Source: Kudoa neothunni
Lineage: Eukaryota; Animalia; Cnidaria
DNA: 64,000 nt
Direction: 5' to 3'
Assembly (NCBI GenBank): GCA_964304625.1
Contig: OZ199838.1
Coordinates: 1,251,158 to 1,315,157, forward strand
Shown piece by piece: positions 39,301 through 55,750 of the stretch; within the stretch, counting starts at the first letter, position 1, and each line of letters opens with the position of its first letter. The translations under genes were made by a program, and so were the position numbers. The notes beneath the pieces are model-generated. The model did no database searches. It had not been told where the DNA came from and saw only the letters and a program-made list of their open reading frames with translations.

Positions 39301-42300
39301 TTTGCCACCACTGAATCCACATCAATCTTTACATATTGTTGCTTAAGATCACTGAATTTTTTGCATTCATCATTAATTTCTTGAGATAATTGTCGAAGAT
39401 TTTCTGGTTTTTCCGCGCTATTTAGCTGCATTTCATTAACTGCGATTGACTTTTGTTCAAGAGAATCGAGAAATTCTTGAACACCGGTATCTTCAAAGTT
39501 TATCTTATTCATTTCGGTGTATCTTTTCTTCAGCTCTCTTTTAAAGGTAGTTGCTAGATTATTAGAATCATTATATATTTTAGTGAGTGGTTTCATCAGA
39601 TCAAAATTCGTATTTTCAAGAGTAAGTTTTGATATTTGTTCAGCAAGTTTGTCCATATTAGCAGTGTATTCCTTATGACGATTTGTGTGAACGTTGTAAG
39701 CGGATATTTTTGAATCACATGCATTCAAAAACGAGGTATAATCTTTTGAATCAGTTTCAAACATAAGGTTGGACATGTCGTCCTTTAATGATGAATGATA
39801 ATTGTTTAGGTTTTGCACTTCTTCTGCGGAATAGTTTACACCTTTTTCCTTAAAATTATCAAGATGACGATTGACATTGGCAGCATTGGTAGAAAATTGG
39901 TTGTTCAGTTCTTTCAAATTCGTCATCAAATTGTTATATTCCTCGGAAAGTTGAGAAAATTGGCCGTCAAACTCATTCAAGTTTATTCCATATTTATTTG
40001 AGTAGAAATTCTTTGCAACGTTGTAAGTCATCTCAGCATGTTGTTTAGATTTTGCTACGCTTGCTGTATGGCTCTCGTACTGTATCCCACCATTGGTGAT
40101 TATTTTTTTGATTGATTCGTCGATTTGCTTGGCAACATCAGAGACAGATTTTTGTTTTTCATTTGTTTTCACTATCAGATCGTTTACTGACTGAGTCATC
40201 TGCTCAGCCCTCTCAACCGTCTCCATGAGTTTTTGGTTTTTACTTGTCACATCATTTATTTTTTCGGTGACCAAGGTTTCAAAATTATCCACATTAGTTG
40301 AGTGCTGGGAGACTCCAATTTGAATCTGTTGAATTCTTTTTAAGTTCTCTAAAATTTTGTCGTTCAATCCAGACATGTTATCAACAATTTGGGTTGATTC
40401 TATCACAAGTTGTTGAGGGTTCATGTTCAAGATGAGTGTTTTAATTTTTTCATTAACCATGTCAACAAATTGTTTAGGATAGACAGTAATGCTTTTCTCC
40501 AATTCACTCTTGGCAGAAACTGATTTCTCATATTCAGATCGAATATTATTCGCGTTTTCAATCAACTGTTCCTTTCTCATATTATTTTCAGAAATTTCAT
40601 TTTTGATATTTAGAGTCAATGCTTTGGTTGATGAAATCAAAGTCTTAGAATGTTCTAATTTGTTGCTTAATGTGAGATAATTGGTTTGAATTAGTGCTGA
40701 AGATGTCAGAACCATAGCATTTATCAGTTTTGATTTGAAGCTCTCCCCACTCTTCATCCATTCATTATACTCAGTGTCCTTGTTACTGAGTTTCTGAACC
40801 AAATCGTTTAATTTGGTCTCCATATTGCCAAACTTTTCGACTTCAACATCCAGCTTTGACTCTTCTCCTACAGTTTTAGCGGTTGTATCAGTCAGTGTTT
40901 TTAGGGTGGTGTCGACAAAGCTTGTAGGATCGACCAAATGAATATTTTTCGCCAGGTATTTAGAATTGGTCTCTTGAATTGCACTAGGGACCTCATTTTT
41001 CAAAAATAGATCAACCTTTTTTGTAATTGTCGTGTAGTTTTCATGAAAATTGCTGGCTTTAATGGCCAGATTCTCGACTTTAGTTGTCAACTCCTTTAGA
41101 GCGTCGGTAATGATTTTATGCTCAGCCACCACATTTGATACCTTGATTTTGTATCTTGTATTAATTTCGTCATCAAAACCGTCCAAATCTCTGCTAGTAG
41201 TTCCTTCTTTTGAAATAACAAGCTCAATATTGGATAAGTCAACAGGCTTCGAGAGAAATTCATTAACAACTCCAACTTTTGACCCAAGAATTGTCTTGGC
41301 AATGTCAAAATAATTGATAATTTTCACTGAATTAGTTGACAATTTACTGATTCTCTCAGTTAGGTCATCCTTTGACTTTTCGATGTATTGTTTTTCCACT
41401 AGCATTTCGTCATTTTTTGAAACAAGTGATTTAAGTGAATCGCGATGTTCCATTAAGGATTTCAGAATGGGTTCAGAAACAAATCCATCAAGATCTGAAT
41501 GTGCTTCATTCACCAAGGATAACAATCGATTAATTTCGTTTTTACGTGACTTACATATCGATCGCACCTTCATTTCATTTATAACTTGTTTATTTGATTT
41601 TTGGGTGATAATTATTTCGTCGATTTTAGTTGGATCATATTTTTTTAATACAGTTTGGATCTTCTCAGCCAAATTTGCGTAATACATTTTTGAGGATGCA
41701 GTAACTTTTGAATCCAGCTTTTGAAGTTCTACTTTTTCTTCTTTTTGAAGATTTTTTAGTTGGTTGATAGGATCGTCTTCGCATAATGTAGATGGGCCCA
41801 ATAACTTTTCGTATATGGGGAATGTTTTCGACGCGGTCGTAATAAATGTTTCTCCTTGGGTAGTGGATTGAATCAGATTATGTTCTTGTGCATTAAAGAA
41901 ACAAATCTCGTTTGGTGACAATGTGGATTTGATCAGATCTGACAAGGTATTCGCTTCGGTATTCATGGTGGAATCGTTAACCAACTGTTTTTTCATATCT
42001 TTCCAATGTTCTACGTGATCTTTCAGTTTGTTGTAACACAACGCTACAGAGTTCAAGTTCGATTTGAACTTGCCCTCCCAGCTTGTGTAATCATTAACTG
42101 TATTTTTATTCAATTCTACTATCAAAGCACTTTCAGAGTTATTTTCAGAGAGAATAGAGATCGTTTCTGTTGTTTTCTTACTTATGTACGCAAAATCATC
42201 TTCGTTATTGCTTTCGTAGTTCGAGATTGTAGATGCTTTTTGGTCAATAAATATCTTTGCCTTATTCAGTAATTCCGTCTGTTTTTTGTGTGTATCATCA

Positions 42301-42489
42301 AAACTCTGTTTGATTTGGTCAAATTGTTTACACAAGTTCCTCCTGTACTGTATGTGATTCATCTGTACTTGGTAACTGTGTACAACTGTGAGGGTGACTG
42401 CACACCAAACAATTAAAACTAAAATAAAATAAATTAATATTGATCAATTAGGTCAGAAACCTAAATTTACCACATATATAATTTATCAT
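36387..42489 (-). CDS. ~2016-aa type I membrane protein: signal peptide, very long coiled-coil ectodomain, one TM helix, short basic tail
   Basis: The 1991-aa ORF extends through exon 1 (42489-42471) and a 52-nt GT-AG intron to give MINYICVLIVWCAVTLTVVHS-YQVQMNH...; C-terminus IVVASAVIMLTVFLGISILMA-KKKTKVK. Confidence 0.9.
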
Positions 42490-43166
42490 TCCAAATTTTT
42501 ACTTCACTATATCTCAACTGATCCTTCAACAAATTTATATAGATTAATTATTGGCGTCTAATTCACATATTCATACATTCATTAACGAATATTATTTTGT
42601 TTTATGTTGAATAATGGACTGTCCAATAAATTAAGTGTAGTTAGTTTTTTTTCAATATGCAGTAATCTTGTTTTTAGAAATTAAGCATAAAATTTATTTC
42701 CATATTTTAATACAGAATTAGAATCCTCATTATTGACGTGTATATGAGATATTTTAATTTAATTTATCTAAAAATGGACATAATATATTATTGCTATTTT
42801 TATTTTAAACTATTATCATTAAAAAATGATATCGAAATTATTCCATAAAAATATTTTCCTAAATTCCCTGTATATCCTTGTATACCGAATACAATAATAG
42901 GGCGTTGCCGTGAACTCATTCAGCTTTATTACTTCACAGATAAATAGAAGAGAATAAAAAATTTCTAATTCATAATGTAATGGTTGTCTAAAACGAGATA
43001 AACATAATTACTTAACATTACTAAGGATCTAAGTTAATGACGTGTCAGCCACTCCTATGGGGAAGCCGTAATTATAATACTAATATGAAAATAAACTCAA
43101 ACGGAGTAACATCACATTTATAATCTATCACAAATAATAACAATAGAGACGAAAATTGATCTTTAA

Positions 43167-44489
43167 TCTTCCAAACGCTTAAAAATCGACTTTACACATT
43201 CCTTCTTTTGGTCCAATAAACCCCACATTTTTTAACTTTAATTGTGGGAGAAATTGTAATAAGTAATTTGCTAAAATATGAGAGAAACCTATCGATAAAA
43301 TATTGAAAAATATCACAGTTATAACAACGCCGGTTGTTAACGAACTTTACCGAAATATTTTTATGGTTGAATTAGGCATCTAATTCAATCAATTTACCTT
43401 TATCATTTAATTTAATGCGTTTTAATACAAATATATATCATTCCACATTAGTTAATTATTAAAAATTGTTTCCATTATAATTAAATTCTTAATAATCACA
43501 CCCAATAAAATCCGCGATACAAACTGTTCCAAAATCGAAAATGTGCGATGTATTTATATTATTTTAGTTGTTAATGTTACAATATATCACAAAAACAACT
43601 TTTTAATTGCTTTTATTTAAGTTGGTTCTGTAAACATAAAAAAGTTTTCGCCTTCCTATCTCGAGATTTTGAACAACAGCAGCATCACTTAAGACAAAGA
43701 AATTGGAGTTATTATAATTTGGATTTGAGAATAAACATATAGAAGAGAATTCTAATATCAGCCAATAACTGTTGGTTTGCCAAATCTTCAAATAATGCAG
43801 ATATTTATGATTGTTAAACTTGTTAATATTTGAAATAACAGTTGAGAAAAAGATTCACCATAAAATAGTAAAATATGAGGAATGTATCAGCCAAAAAGTT
43901 TATTATATTTGAATCATAAGAATTTGATCCTTGAGATTTTAAAAGATATTTCGTTTGGAGCTTCTAGTTATTTGAAATTTTTCAAAAAACCAATTAACCC
44001 CGTCCTTATCTTCGTATATATTTCGATAGCATTTATTATCTTCAGAAACATTGGAATGATATTAATAATCAATTATCAAAAGTTATAATAAAATTCATTG
44101 ATATCGGAACCAATTTCATTCAAAATATTACACTAAAAACCAATTATAACAGTATTTCATTCTTCGGCATTGATCGGTATTTAACGTATGAATAGTTTTT
44201 TTCATTTATCTCTGCTTCATTAGGATAAAATTTTGTCCAATTCTCAAAATTATTTTGATTTTGTTTTCTTTATTGATTGGGAGAAAAAAAACATGGGGTC
44301 CATTGGGCTCTAAAAGAAGGATGTGTAAATATTTTTTTATTTCGTGATCTGAATGTAAAAATTATAGTTTTCCGTAATATTTTAACAGAATTCACATTTA
44401 AAAAAGAATAGATGTGATCTTAAATTCTTTAAAATTGATTCCCACATCCATTGGGATCCAATAGGCTCCAAAAACGCTTGCTTGGAAGG
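43167..44489 (-). mobile_element. Non-autonomous piggyBac
   Basis: TTAA flanks; ends TCTTCCAA / TTGGAAGG; subterminal inverted repeat TTTACACAT(T)CCTTCTTTT..CCAAT..ACCCCA at ~43191 and ~44290. Confidence 0.75.
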
Positions 44490-45454
44490 TTAAAATAACT
44501 TTTGACTACATAATCATAAAATAGTATAATTCGGTTATTTTTAATTTTCTAAATATCGCAAAAACCAATGTATTTCAATTAACTAGTATTTTTGGTATTT
44601 GTGGAGCGTGTGACTCACCAATTTCTGGTGTGTTTTTGTTTTTATCGTCAGGAGCGATTCCAAAAAATCTTATATGCTTCCCTCATCTGGGATGTAACAA
44701 AATTTTAAAAACAATTTCCCCCCTAATCTCATAAACAACGATGTAATAAACATCATAATCTCCAGTTTAGACGCTTGTTCCTGTATTTCACTATCAAGAA
44801 ATATGTATGTGAACATAAATCATGCACCGAAACATTTATTTTATTTATAAAGATATTAAAACGAAGATAAATTCTACAATAAGTTATTAGTAATGGTTGC
44901 CATTCAGACATGTAGAATAATGAAACCTTCTCCATAATCGTAATATTTTTTCACTCAGTGTTTTGAATCCTTAAAATAATATAACTATTTTTAGTATTAC
45001 AAATTTTTTTAACCGGAAAGCTTTATTATTAAAAAGAATTATTGTATGTTTTTGATAAATTATCTCCTAACATGGACTCCATAAGTGATTATTAGCAGAA
45101 AAATGCACAAATATTTAATTTAATAAATTATTCATATTTCAGATAAAGAAACAATTGCAACCGAACCATATTAATTTGGAATACCCGAGCTAGTAAATTT
45201 TTATTTTTAACACTGATTATTAATTAAACATAAGCGAAAAATAAAATCGACAAAATATCCGTCACAGCTAATGCTTCGAGTTAGTTTGTTTTCATTTTAA
45301 CTGGAACAAAATTTTCGTCGTCTTTTTTTAAAAAAGATATTTGACAATAGTGAAATGATGAGAAGTTTGTTACTAGTACGTTATCACATTTCCAATATTT
45401 TATTGAATTCGATTTGTGGTCGTTACATAAAAATAACCATTATACAGTAATTCA

Positions 45455-45645
45455 TCCCCTCCTATCTGTTCTTATAATAATATTATATTGTTGTGTGTTT
45501 TTTTGATATCCAATTAAAAAAGAAAATATCATTTTAAAATAAAAAATAATTACAATCTTAATATGAAATATTACAAGTCAAATACCCTAAAACAGCTTTA
45601 TTAAAGTTCGACGCGCACGCGCAATGTCAACTAGTTGTGGTCTAG
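45455..45645 (+). mobile_element. Mini-Helitron-like repeat
   Basis: A|TC start, GC-rich GACGCGCACGCGCAATGTC near the end, CTAG|T terminus; homologous to 16106-16301. Confidence 0.65.
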
Positions 45646-46334
45646 TCGCTTGAAGCGTATATTATACGGCGATCTTTGTTGAGCTCCATTTGAATTTTCA
45701 CTCATACTTTAAAATTATATACGTCACTAACTTCAAGTATGTTATTCAGAACAAAATAGAAAAATTTAAAGAAAAAGTAGAAATGCCCAAATACAACCAC
45801 AGAATATTAAGATCGTATGATCAGACAATAATTTTTCCGAATCGGAAAAGAGTGTGTTACTGACGATCGTGATATCAGTTTAAATTTCGAATAATTTTAA
45901 TTCTCTCCATTACCAGAACAATAAATGTTATTATTTTATCTAATTCTGAAACTTATTGTTTATAAACTGATCCCAAACAACTAAATAATCAACAAGTTTT
46001 GTAAATAAGTAACAACCCAGGGTCTGGACGCCCTGCTTATATCCAATTACACGCATGCGTAGTTCAGGTCGATTAATTCGATTAGGATCTAATTTTACTG
46101 GACACGATAAATAATACTCCCCGGGAAAAATATCCAAAAATTTATTATTCTATATCCATAGTCATGTGTCAATTATTTCGTGTCAATGTTATATTAATTT
46201 CGTTATGTGCCGAGGAAATCCGAGTAGCTTGTATAGTTAATATTTCAGAGAGTTATCTATATATAATACAAATCTATCTTAAATAATGAAGAAAAATTCT
46301 CTACTTGTTATACATGCATCTGAACCTTGTCATC

Positions 46335-46415
46335 TTATTAGCTTATTAGTTGATTAGTTGATTAGTTTATTAGTTGATTAGTTGATTATCTTATTAGTTG
46401 ATTAGCTTTTAGCTT
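46335..46415. repeat. (TTAGTTGA)n 8-bp minisatellite
   Basis: About 9 degenerate units directly abutting the MITE. Confidence 0.8.
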
Positions 46416-46419
46416 AGTT

Positions 46420-46963
46420 GGTTAAAATGTAGAATAGTGAACGCATGTATCGATTAAAGATTATAATTAGTTCGGACATTAATCCTGAATTTTTAAATCA
46501 AATTAATATGAAATTTGTTTAACATTTAATGATGGAAATAATTAAATTAATTATAATAAATTATTTTTGATATTAACGTTATGCATTTTATACAATTAAT
46601 TAGCTAATGCTTGCAGAAAATACGAATTTCATATTCTTATAGACATTTGATTAATAGTGGGCAATTGCTAAGGATGAAATATGACATTTGATAAAAAATC
46701 ATCGTTGTCACTCAAATTTTAGGATAAATAAAATAATCTTTACTCGGATCGATTAAATGATATTGCCTTTGTAAAAAACTGCAAGAGGCTAGCAGTAATT
46801 TAAAGAATATATTACAGCAACTATTATTGATAACAAATACAGTGGCTAAAATAACCTACTGATGTTGAAACAATGACAAATACAAAAAATTAAAATAATA
46901 AACAAGTTCGATTTTTATTGTGATCGCTGATTTGGATTACGGCCACTATTCCACATTTTAACC
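46420..46963. mobile_element. MITE copy 2
   Basis: GGTTAAAATGTAGAATAGTG ... CACTATTCCACATTTTAACC; homologous to 31516-31983. Confidence 0.82.
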
Positions 46964-47933
46964 AAATAATTTGAATATATTCCATTAAACTTTATTTTAT
47001 ATTTTATCATATAATTGTTGCAAAAAAACAACAACATTTTATTTCTTTATATAACATGATTTCCCATCATTCAGAATAATTCAGACTATTATATTAAAAA
47101 AACTTTGGGATTATCTATGATTCATAAATTGTGAATTGTGCCAATTAAGGCCATCCATTATTTTTATAATGACAAATTATTTAAATAGATATCATTATTA
47201 TTATTTGTATTTTATAAAATACTCAAAATTATTTCTTATTTGCACTATTTAAAAATTATATGCCTAGGATAATTACAAAACATTTATCTAAATAAGGCAA
47301 TTATGGAGTTATGAATTAATTGCGCATGCTTTTGAGCTGCATAATTTCGCTGAAGAATTAGAATCAACGAAAAAGATAATAAATATATAATCTTAGCGAC
47401 ATATTTTAAATTATCAATGAAAATATTTAATCAAACTTTTAGATATTTTAGTCGTATATTTTGATTACTGGAATGTATCGCTCATCTCCAAAATTATTGA
47501 ATTGTTAAGTGGTTGTTGGCTGCCTTTAAAAAAAATAAAATGATGCCTTTATTGAATAAAAAAAATTAAAATGATGATCAATATTGGCGATTGTTAATAA
47601 AAAATAATATTTTCAATTAAACATATCAGCAAATTCTCGACCAAAATATATATTTATCAAAAAAGATAAATAGATAGATACACGAAATTAATCCTTTCAC
47701 TTATTTTCCGATACAATAAACAACGACACCAATAATCATATTTTTAATTGTACAATTAAGAATGAATTTATAAATAAAATTAAAAGTAATCTATCTAATT
47801 GAGGAATGCGATTATCTATCATTAGAACCCGAAAAGGTTTGATTCGAAATTAATTACGATTCTTATCACAACTTTTTTGTTTGGAATTATTTATAAGCCT
47901 ATTATGAGTTAATAGGATTAGAAGAAAATTCAA

Positions 47934-48305
47934 ATGCGGTTAAATCATACATCATCTTACGGATCCAACTATCCACACCATAAAACATTCACCATTCATC
48001 ATCATAATTCTGAAAATGAGTAGCATATTTTGTAACTAGGAAAATAATTTAAAAAAACTGTCTAGGGATTTTGTTGAATACATCAATTCATACAATCGTG
48101 TGATTCTTGCATCTTTCGCAATTGGCCTTGCCATGGTTGGAATATTTCTATTTGTGTTATATCTTATATACATATGTAAAGAAAATATAGCGGATGTAAT
48201 CAATGAATTCTAATATCGTCAATAATTAAATTTTAGAATGATAAAGCAGAACAAACTGAACCTATTATTGATTTAGAAGATTGTCCCCCGCCCTACGAAT
48301 GTTGA
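47934..48305 (+). CDS. Small single-pass membrane protein with C-terminal PPPY motif (~94 aa)
   Basis: Exons 47934-48019, 48066-48195, 48237-48305 (GT-AG): MRLNHTSSYGSNYPHHKTFTIHHHNSENEDFVEYINSYNRVILASFAIGLAMVGIFLFVLYLIYICKENIADNDKAEQTEPIIDLEDCPPPYEC*. True start may lie upstream. Confidence 0.72.
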
Positions 48306-48749
48306 ACCACACCTTGAATAAAATTAATTTCAGCAATTTTTATCGTCCGAATAATTGATAATATTTTATGCGCCATTGTATAATTGTATATTTCGTAAGT
48401 AAAACTCAAATATAAGTTTTGATAAAATTATTATTTCGCATTAATATAAATACATAAACACTACAATTAAATGTCATTATCGTATAGTAAGCATCATTTT
48501 ATATTTACAGCATAGGTAATATGAATCCACCTTACTAAAAATATAGTTTATACGAATAATAGCTCTTAATTTAATAATTTAATTACAATTTCCGTATTTA
48601 TCGGTTAGTTTACCAAATTTGGTATCATTAGACTTCATTTGTTGTCAGCTGCGCATGGGTTTCAGATTTTTATTTTTTTAGTAAATTTTTTATGTTTCTA
48701 AAATTTCTTTGATTCTGGTTGACCAAACTTTAATGGGTTAATAAAGTCT

Positions 48750-49950
48750 CTTCGATGTTGATCGTTTAAAACACGCGTATGATTCGTCGCTCTACACTAC
48801 ATATGGTTACAATGCAGTTATGCTCTTATTGATTTTTCTCAGCACCAAATATCACAAAATTCTAAGTTGGTGGTCAAACTGTAATTTTCTTAAACTGACC
48901 ATTATAAACTCAGAGTGACGATGTAAACGTGGAGAAGAACTGGTACAAAAGAAAAGAGTGGAGTGGAAAAATCTTTTCAGCCCACGTAAAATGTAGGAAT
49001 AAGGATTACCGACAATTTTAAAAAAAATACTAACTATATTGGATTATTTTTCTACCTACCTTAACGGAAATTAATAAAAAGAGTCGAAATATTTTCGGAT
49101 TACTTAAAATGGTGTGCTCTTCCCTGAAACTATTAGACTTTGTAGAGAATGATTTCACCACTGTGTACACTTGGAATAACGCTAAATTCGAAAAAATATT
49201 AAAGATATTTTTCCATCCAACTTTTCCTTCATTCCAAACGACTATACTTAGATATTTACTCATTTTTCTGCCTATATCTCGGATAATTCGACTGGATATG
49301 AAACTGTCATTTTTTTCTGATTTTAGTCAAAATGATGTTTCGGATATGGAACTCTGTGAATTACTAAACAAATGTTTCTGTAATTTAAGGAGAGGCTTTA
49401 TTTAAATTAGTCGCAAAATTTGGATAAAAATGTCGAGTTAAAACACAGCCCCCTACAAATTTATAGGATGTACCTTTAATGGAATGAATTTCACATTGTG
49501 TAATTTTGACAGCTAATTAAGTTTTTAAAATCCCCCGAAAATAAAGTTTATTCAATTGAGTAGATTTGTGAGAATTGCAAACGATTATAAAACAATTCTA
49601 AGATGGTGAGGACTTTTACAAATCATCGACCCTATCCAGAGTACGGAAACATGGATGTCCAACACATTTGAAATTGTGGAGAAGTACAAAAAAATTCAAT
49701 CTCCAAAATTCTGAAAAAAAATTTCAAAATACAAGAATAAGGTCTTGATAATTTAGCCTAAGAATAAAAACGGCTGTGGTTGGCTTATAATTGTTATATG
49801 CTAGAAGGGGGATATAAAAAATGATTATTCGAGTGTATCTTATGACGATGTCGTAAGTAATGATCTTCAACCCATTATATGGATACGAGGTTAATTGTCA
49901 CCATATCCAATCACCCTCGAATGACTTTTTAGAGATGTTGGTTATGCCTA
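48750..49950 (+). pseudogene. Decayed coding relic, possibly a MULE-type transposase
   Basis: Coding-like composition with an LFPE..HHCVHL remnant; all frames broken. Confidence 0.25.
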
Positions 49951-50811
49951 TAACGACCTAAGATTAAGTATACTGTCCCTGGATTTGGAAGATCAACATT
50001 GTTTAAACGTGAATAAAACATTTTGAAACGTACAAACTAGTTTCTGAAGTCTTACCTTTAAATTTACCATATTTCAATAATTTATTTCCAACTTATTTCA
50101 CTTATTATATTACGGTATTGTTACGGATTCGTGAATCATTTATTTTTCGAGTTTCCTATCTCTATAATTAATTTTCCTATAATAGGCAGTGATGTAAGGT
50201 ATATTCAAAGAAAAACCTGTCTTAAATTGATATCTAGATATCTCTAAGATTTTTATAGTCATTTTTATCCTTATAACAAAATTAAAAATTGTTAACCGTT
50301 TATTAATGTTTTTTCGTTTAAACAATTAACATTACCAACGATTATTATACAATTTAATGTTTTCTGTCGCTACATAAATTTAATTTTGGAAATAATATTA
50401 TTTTTATTTGTTAAAATAATAAAAAAGTTTTTGTTATATTAAAAAAAATAGATATTTTATCAAATTCATAGTTTTCCCGAAGTTTTTGTATCTATTTATT
50501 ATCTTTAAAGAGTTATAGGCATAATTTTAGCATCAATAGATATCGGTCACATAGGTTGCAACAATAAATTCTAAATTTTCTTTTATAAATATTTCATTAT
50601 TTAAATACATTTCAAATATTGAGTTTCATTTAGTTTCGGTTGCATAGTTAACATTTAGGAAGAAAAGTATAACTAAATAAAATTTATTTATTTATTTATT
50701 AAATTAATTAATTAATTAATTGCAAGATGATTAATTGATTTTTACACAAAATCTAATTATTTCTCATTTTCATGTTTATGTTAATTATATTTATATCATA
50801 TTATTATTTAA

Positions 50812-51644
50812 CCCTCGTACACCTGAGAAAAAAAGTTACACGAATCCCAGGAGTTGGTTATTATGGCCTCATACAAAAATGTATTGAAATAATTAAAATC
50901 GTTGCAATTAAGTTTACTGAAATAATTATTTACATTATTTTTACATTTTAAATATAACAAATTTAATAAAAATAAATCGATGATGCATTTTTGTGACGTT
51001 TATGTTCGCAAGAGCAAATAGCAGCAATAACTATTCCTGTATATACTTAGATTAGCGTGGAAAATTAGAGAAGATCTGTTTTATTATAGCTTCATCTTTC
51101 ACATTTTCTATTTACCATTAATTTAATAGCTAAGGTCTTGTTTTATTCTCGAAATCCATGATTTTATTATGAAATTTTATCCCCTGTCGACAGAAATGTA
51201 TTATTCATATAGATAGGGGACTTTATAAATCAATGTATCAATAAGAAATACATGTAGTTTAACATTATTTAATACGTCGATTCACAAGACAGATCAAATC
51301 AGTTGACTGAATCTAGTTGTTATAGAAAAAAAATTAATTGATTTAAAAAAATTCCTTCTTTCAAAGTACATTAATAATTTTTATTTTACTGCAGAAAAGC
51401 ATTTTATATATTTGGATTATCTAAACATTATTTATATGGTAGCCATGTTCAAGTAAGTGTGTAACTTTTTTTTAATTTGAGGCGAACAATTTTAACATAA
51501 AACTCTATTATTTAAACATTTTTAAAATCACCATCATACCATAACATGTACGTGGGGAACAATATACGTAAAACTTTTCGAAAAAAAAAAACAATTGATA
51601 TAATAAGCGCTGATTGGCCACCTCCAGATTCAGGTATTCGCGAG
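50812..51644. mobile_element. Non-autonomous piggyBac-like element
   Basis: TTAA|CCCTCGTACACCTGA ... TCAGGTATTCGCGAG|TTGA (11/15 match); internal inverted AAAAAAAGTTACAC / GTGTAACTTTTTTT. Confidence 0.6.
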
Positions 51645-52073
51645 TTGATATAAATTTTCCCAATGGTATTACATTTTATTTGATATTACCGTTGAAATCA
51701 CTCATTTAGATACACAAACAATCCATTATAATATACTTCCACAAAACAAAAATTTATTTACAAAAAAAAAGAAAAGATAATCATAATTAACACAACATAA
51801 ATAAATAATTTCCACTAATGCCTTTTAAGAATTAAATTATCCTAATGTGATATCGACACAATTAACATAGCGGAAAAACAGAAGGCTGAAATGCTCAAGT
51901 ATTTTATTTAAGTAATTAAACACGTGACATCGTATGAGCGTGGAAATTTATTCTCATGAACTCAACCAATTCATCGTCTATACACATATTATGACAGTTA
52001 TATTTTAAAAAAATAATCACTGAATTATACATAAGAAAAAAAGAAAATTCTAATATTAGATTAAAGGCGGTAA

Positions 52074-54542
<2,469 letters not shown>

Positions 54543-55750
54543 AATTAACAAACCTATCAAGGATAAACTTATTTATGTTAATACTTCGCTTTTGTGTTAT
54601 TTACATTGTTGTTATAAAATTGTTCGTGTTTTTGAAATTCTTGTCGTTATTGGTCATACCAAACTCCATATTTTAAAATTTAAATAAATATGACCTAGTG
54701 GAAGAATAGTTTCGACTAGGTTCACTCGTTTTTCGATAATGGTTACCAAAGCTAATTAATTTTATATTTATTTTAGACTTTATCAGCGGTTCTCTCATTT
54801 ATGTGCTGTTGTCATTAATCACTAATACGATAACCACATTATTTTCATTGTAATAATTTGATATTCGAGCAGGTGACCGATAATTTGTAACCTTCGTTAA
54901 AACTTTATTCATCCAGTTAAATTTATCAAATAACATTTATTATGAGTTCTTAACTAAATATTGTTTTTATTTTATGAAGTTAAAAATTTAAAAATTACGT
55001 AATAATCAATAATTCGTAATTATTTCTAAAAAATAATTAAAGAATTCACAAATTCAGAATGTTTCAAGACAATTATGATATAATTAAATATAATGATAGT
55101 TTGCCGATCTTGTATAGATAGATATAGATAGACGGAAACTAGTAACCACTTCAAAATAGGTTATATTTCAACTTTACGTGACATTTTATAAAAAAAAGGG
55201 CTCAAATTAAACGGGCATTTAAATGTCAATTGATCATAACTATATGATGATCAAGGCGAAGGGGAAATGATGGAGACGCTGATCAACGTGTATGAGTGGT
55301 TCGTTTGGATGAGGCAATTTGTATCGAAATAATCAAAAAAGGAAATGAGATCGGTACTTCTGATGATGACTTAAAAAATGTTAGCTGTGAATAGTTTCAC
55401 GATTAAACAATAGATTCAACTTGAAAAAAATCAGTTTATACAGCGAAGCTAGATCTAGCACGGTATCTATAGGAATCATTACAGATTGGAACACTCAACT
55501 TATTAAAATTCTTGAAAATCTTAAAAATCTTGAAAATCTTAAAAATTATAAGGAGAATCAAACACACAATGTCAATGAGATTGAGCTTCTCCATTAATTA
55601 ATGCCTCGTAAATGATTCCTAAACAAGGTTTTTTCAAATAAATTGTTTTTATATACATTAAATTAAACTCAAAAATTTGTAATAATATCAGTTCCTTTAT
55701 AACAATTATTTTTCTCAATTTTAACTAAATTAAGCAATATTTTTAAACCA

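Noticed and set aside
37306-42272. Multiple short ORFs overlapping the giant gene
   Set aside because: Antisense or off-frame shadows of the long CDS.
55505-55548. Tandem AAAATCTT(G/A) units as a CRISPR-like array
   Set aside because: Simple 9-bp minisatellite with no spacers, in a eukaryotic context.
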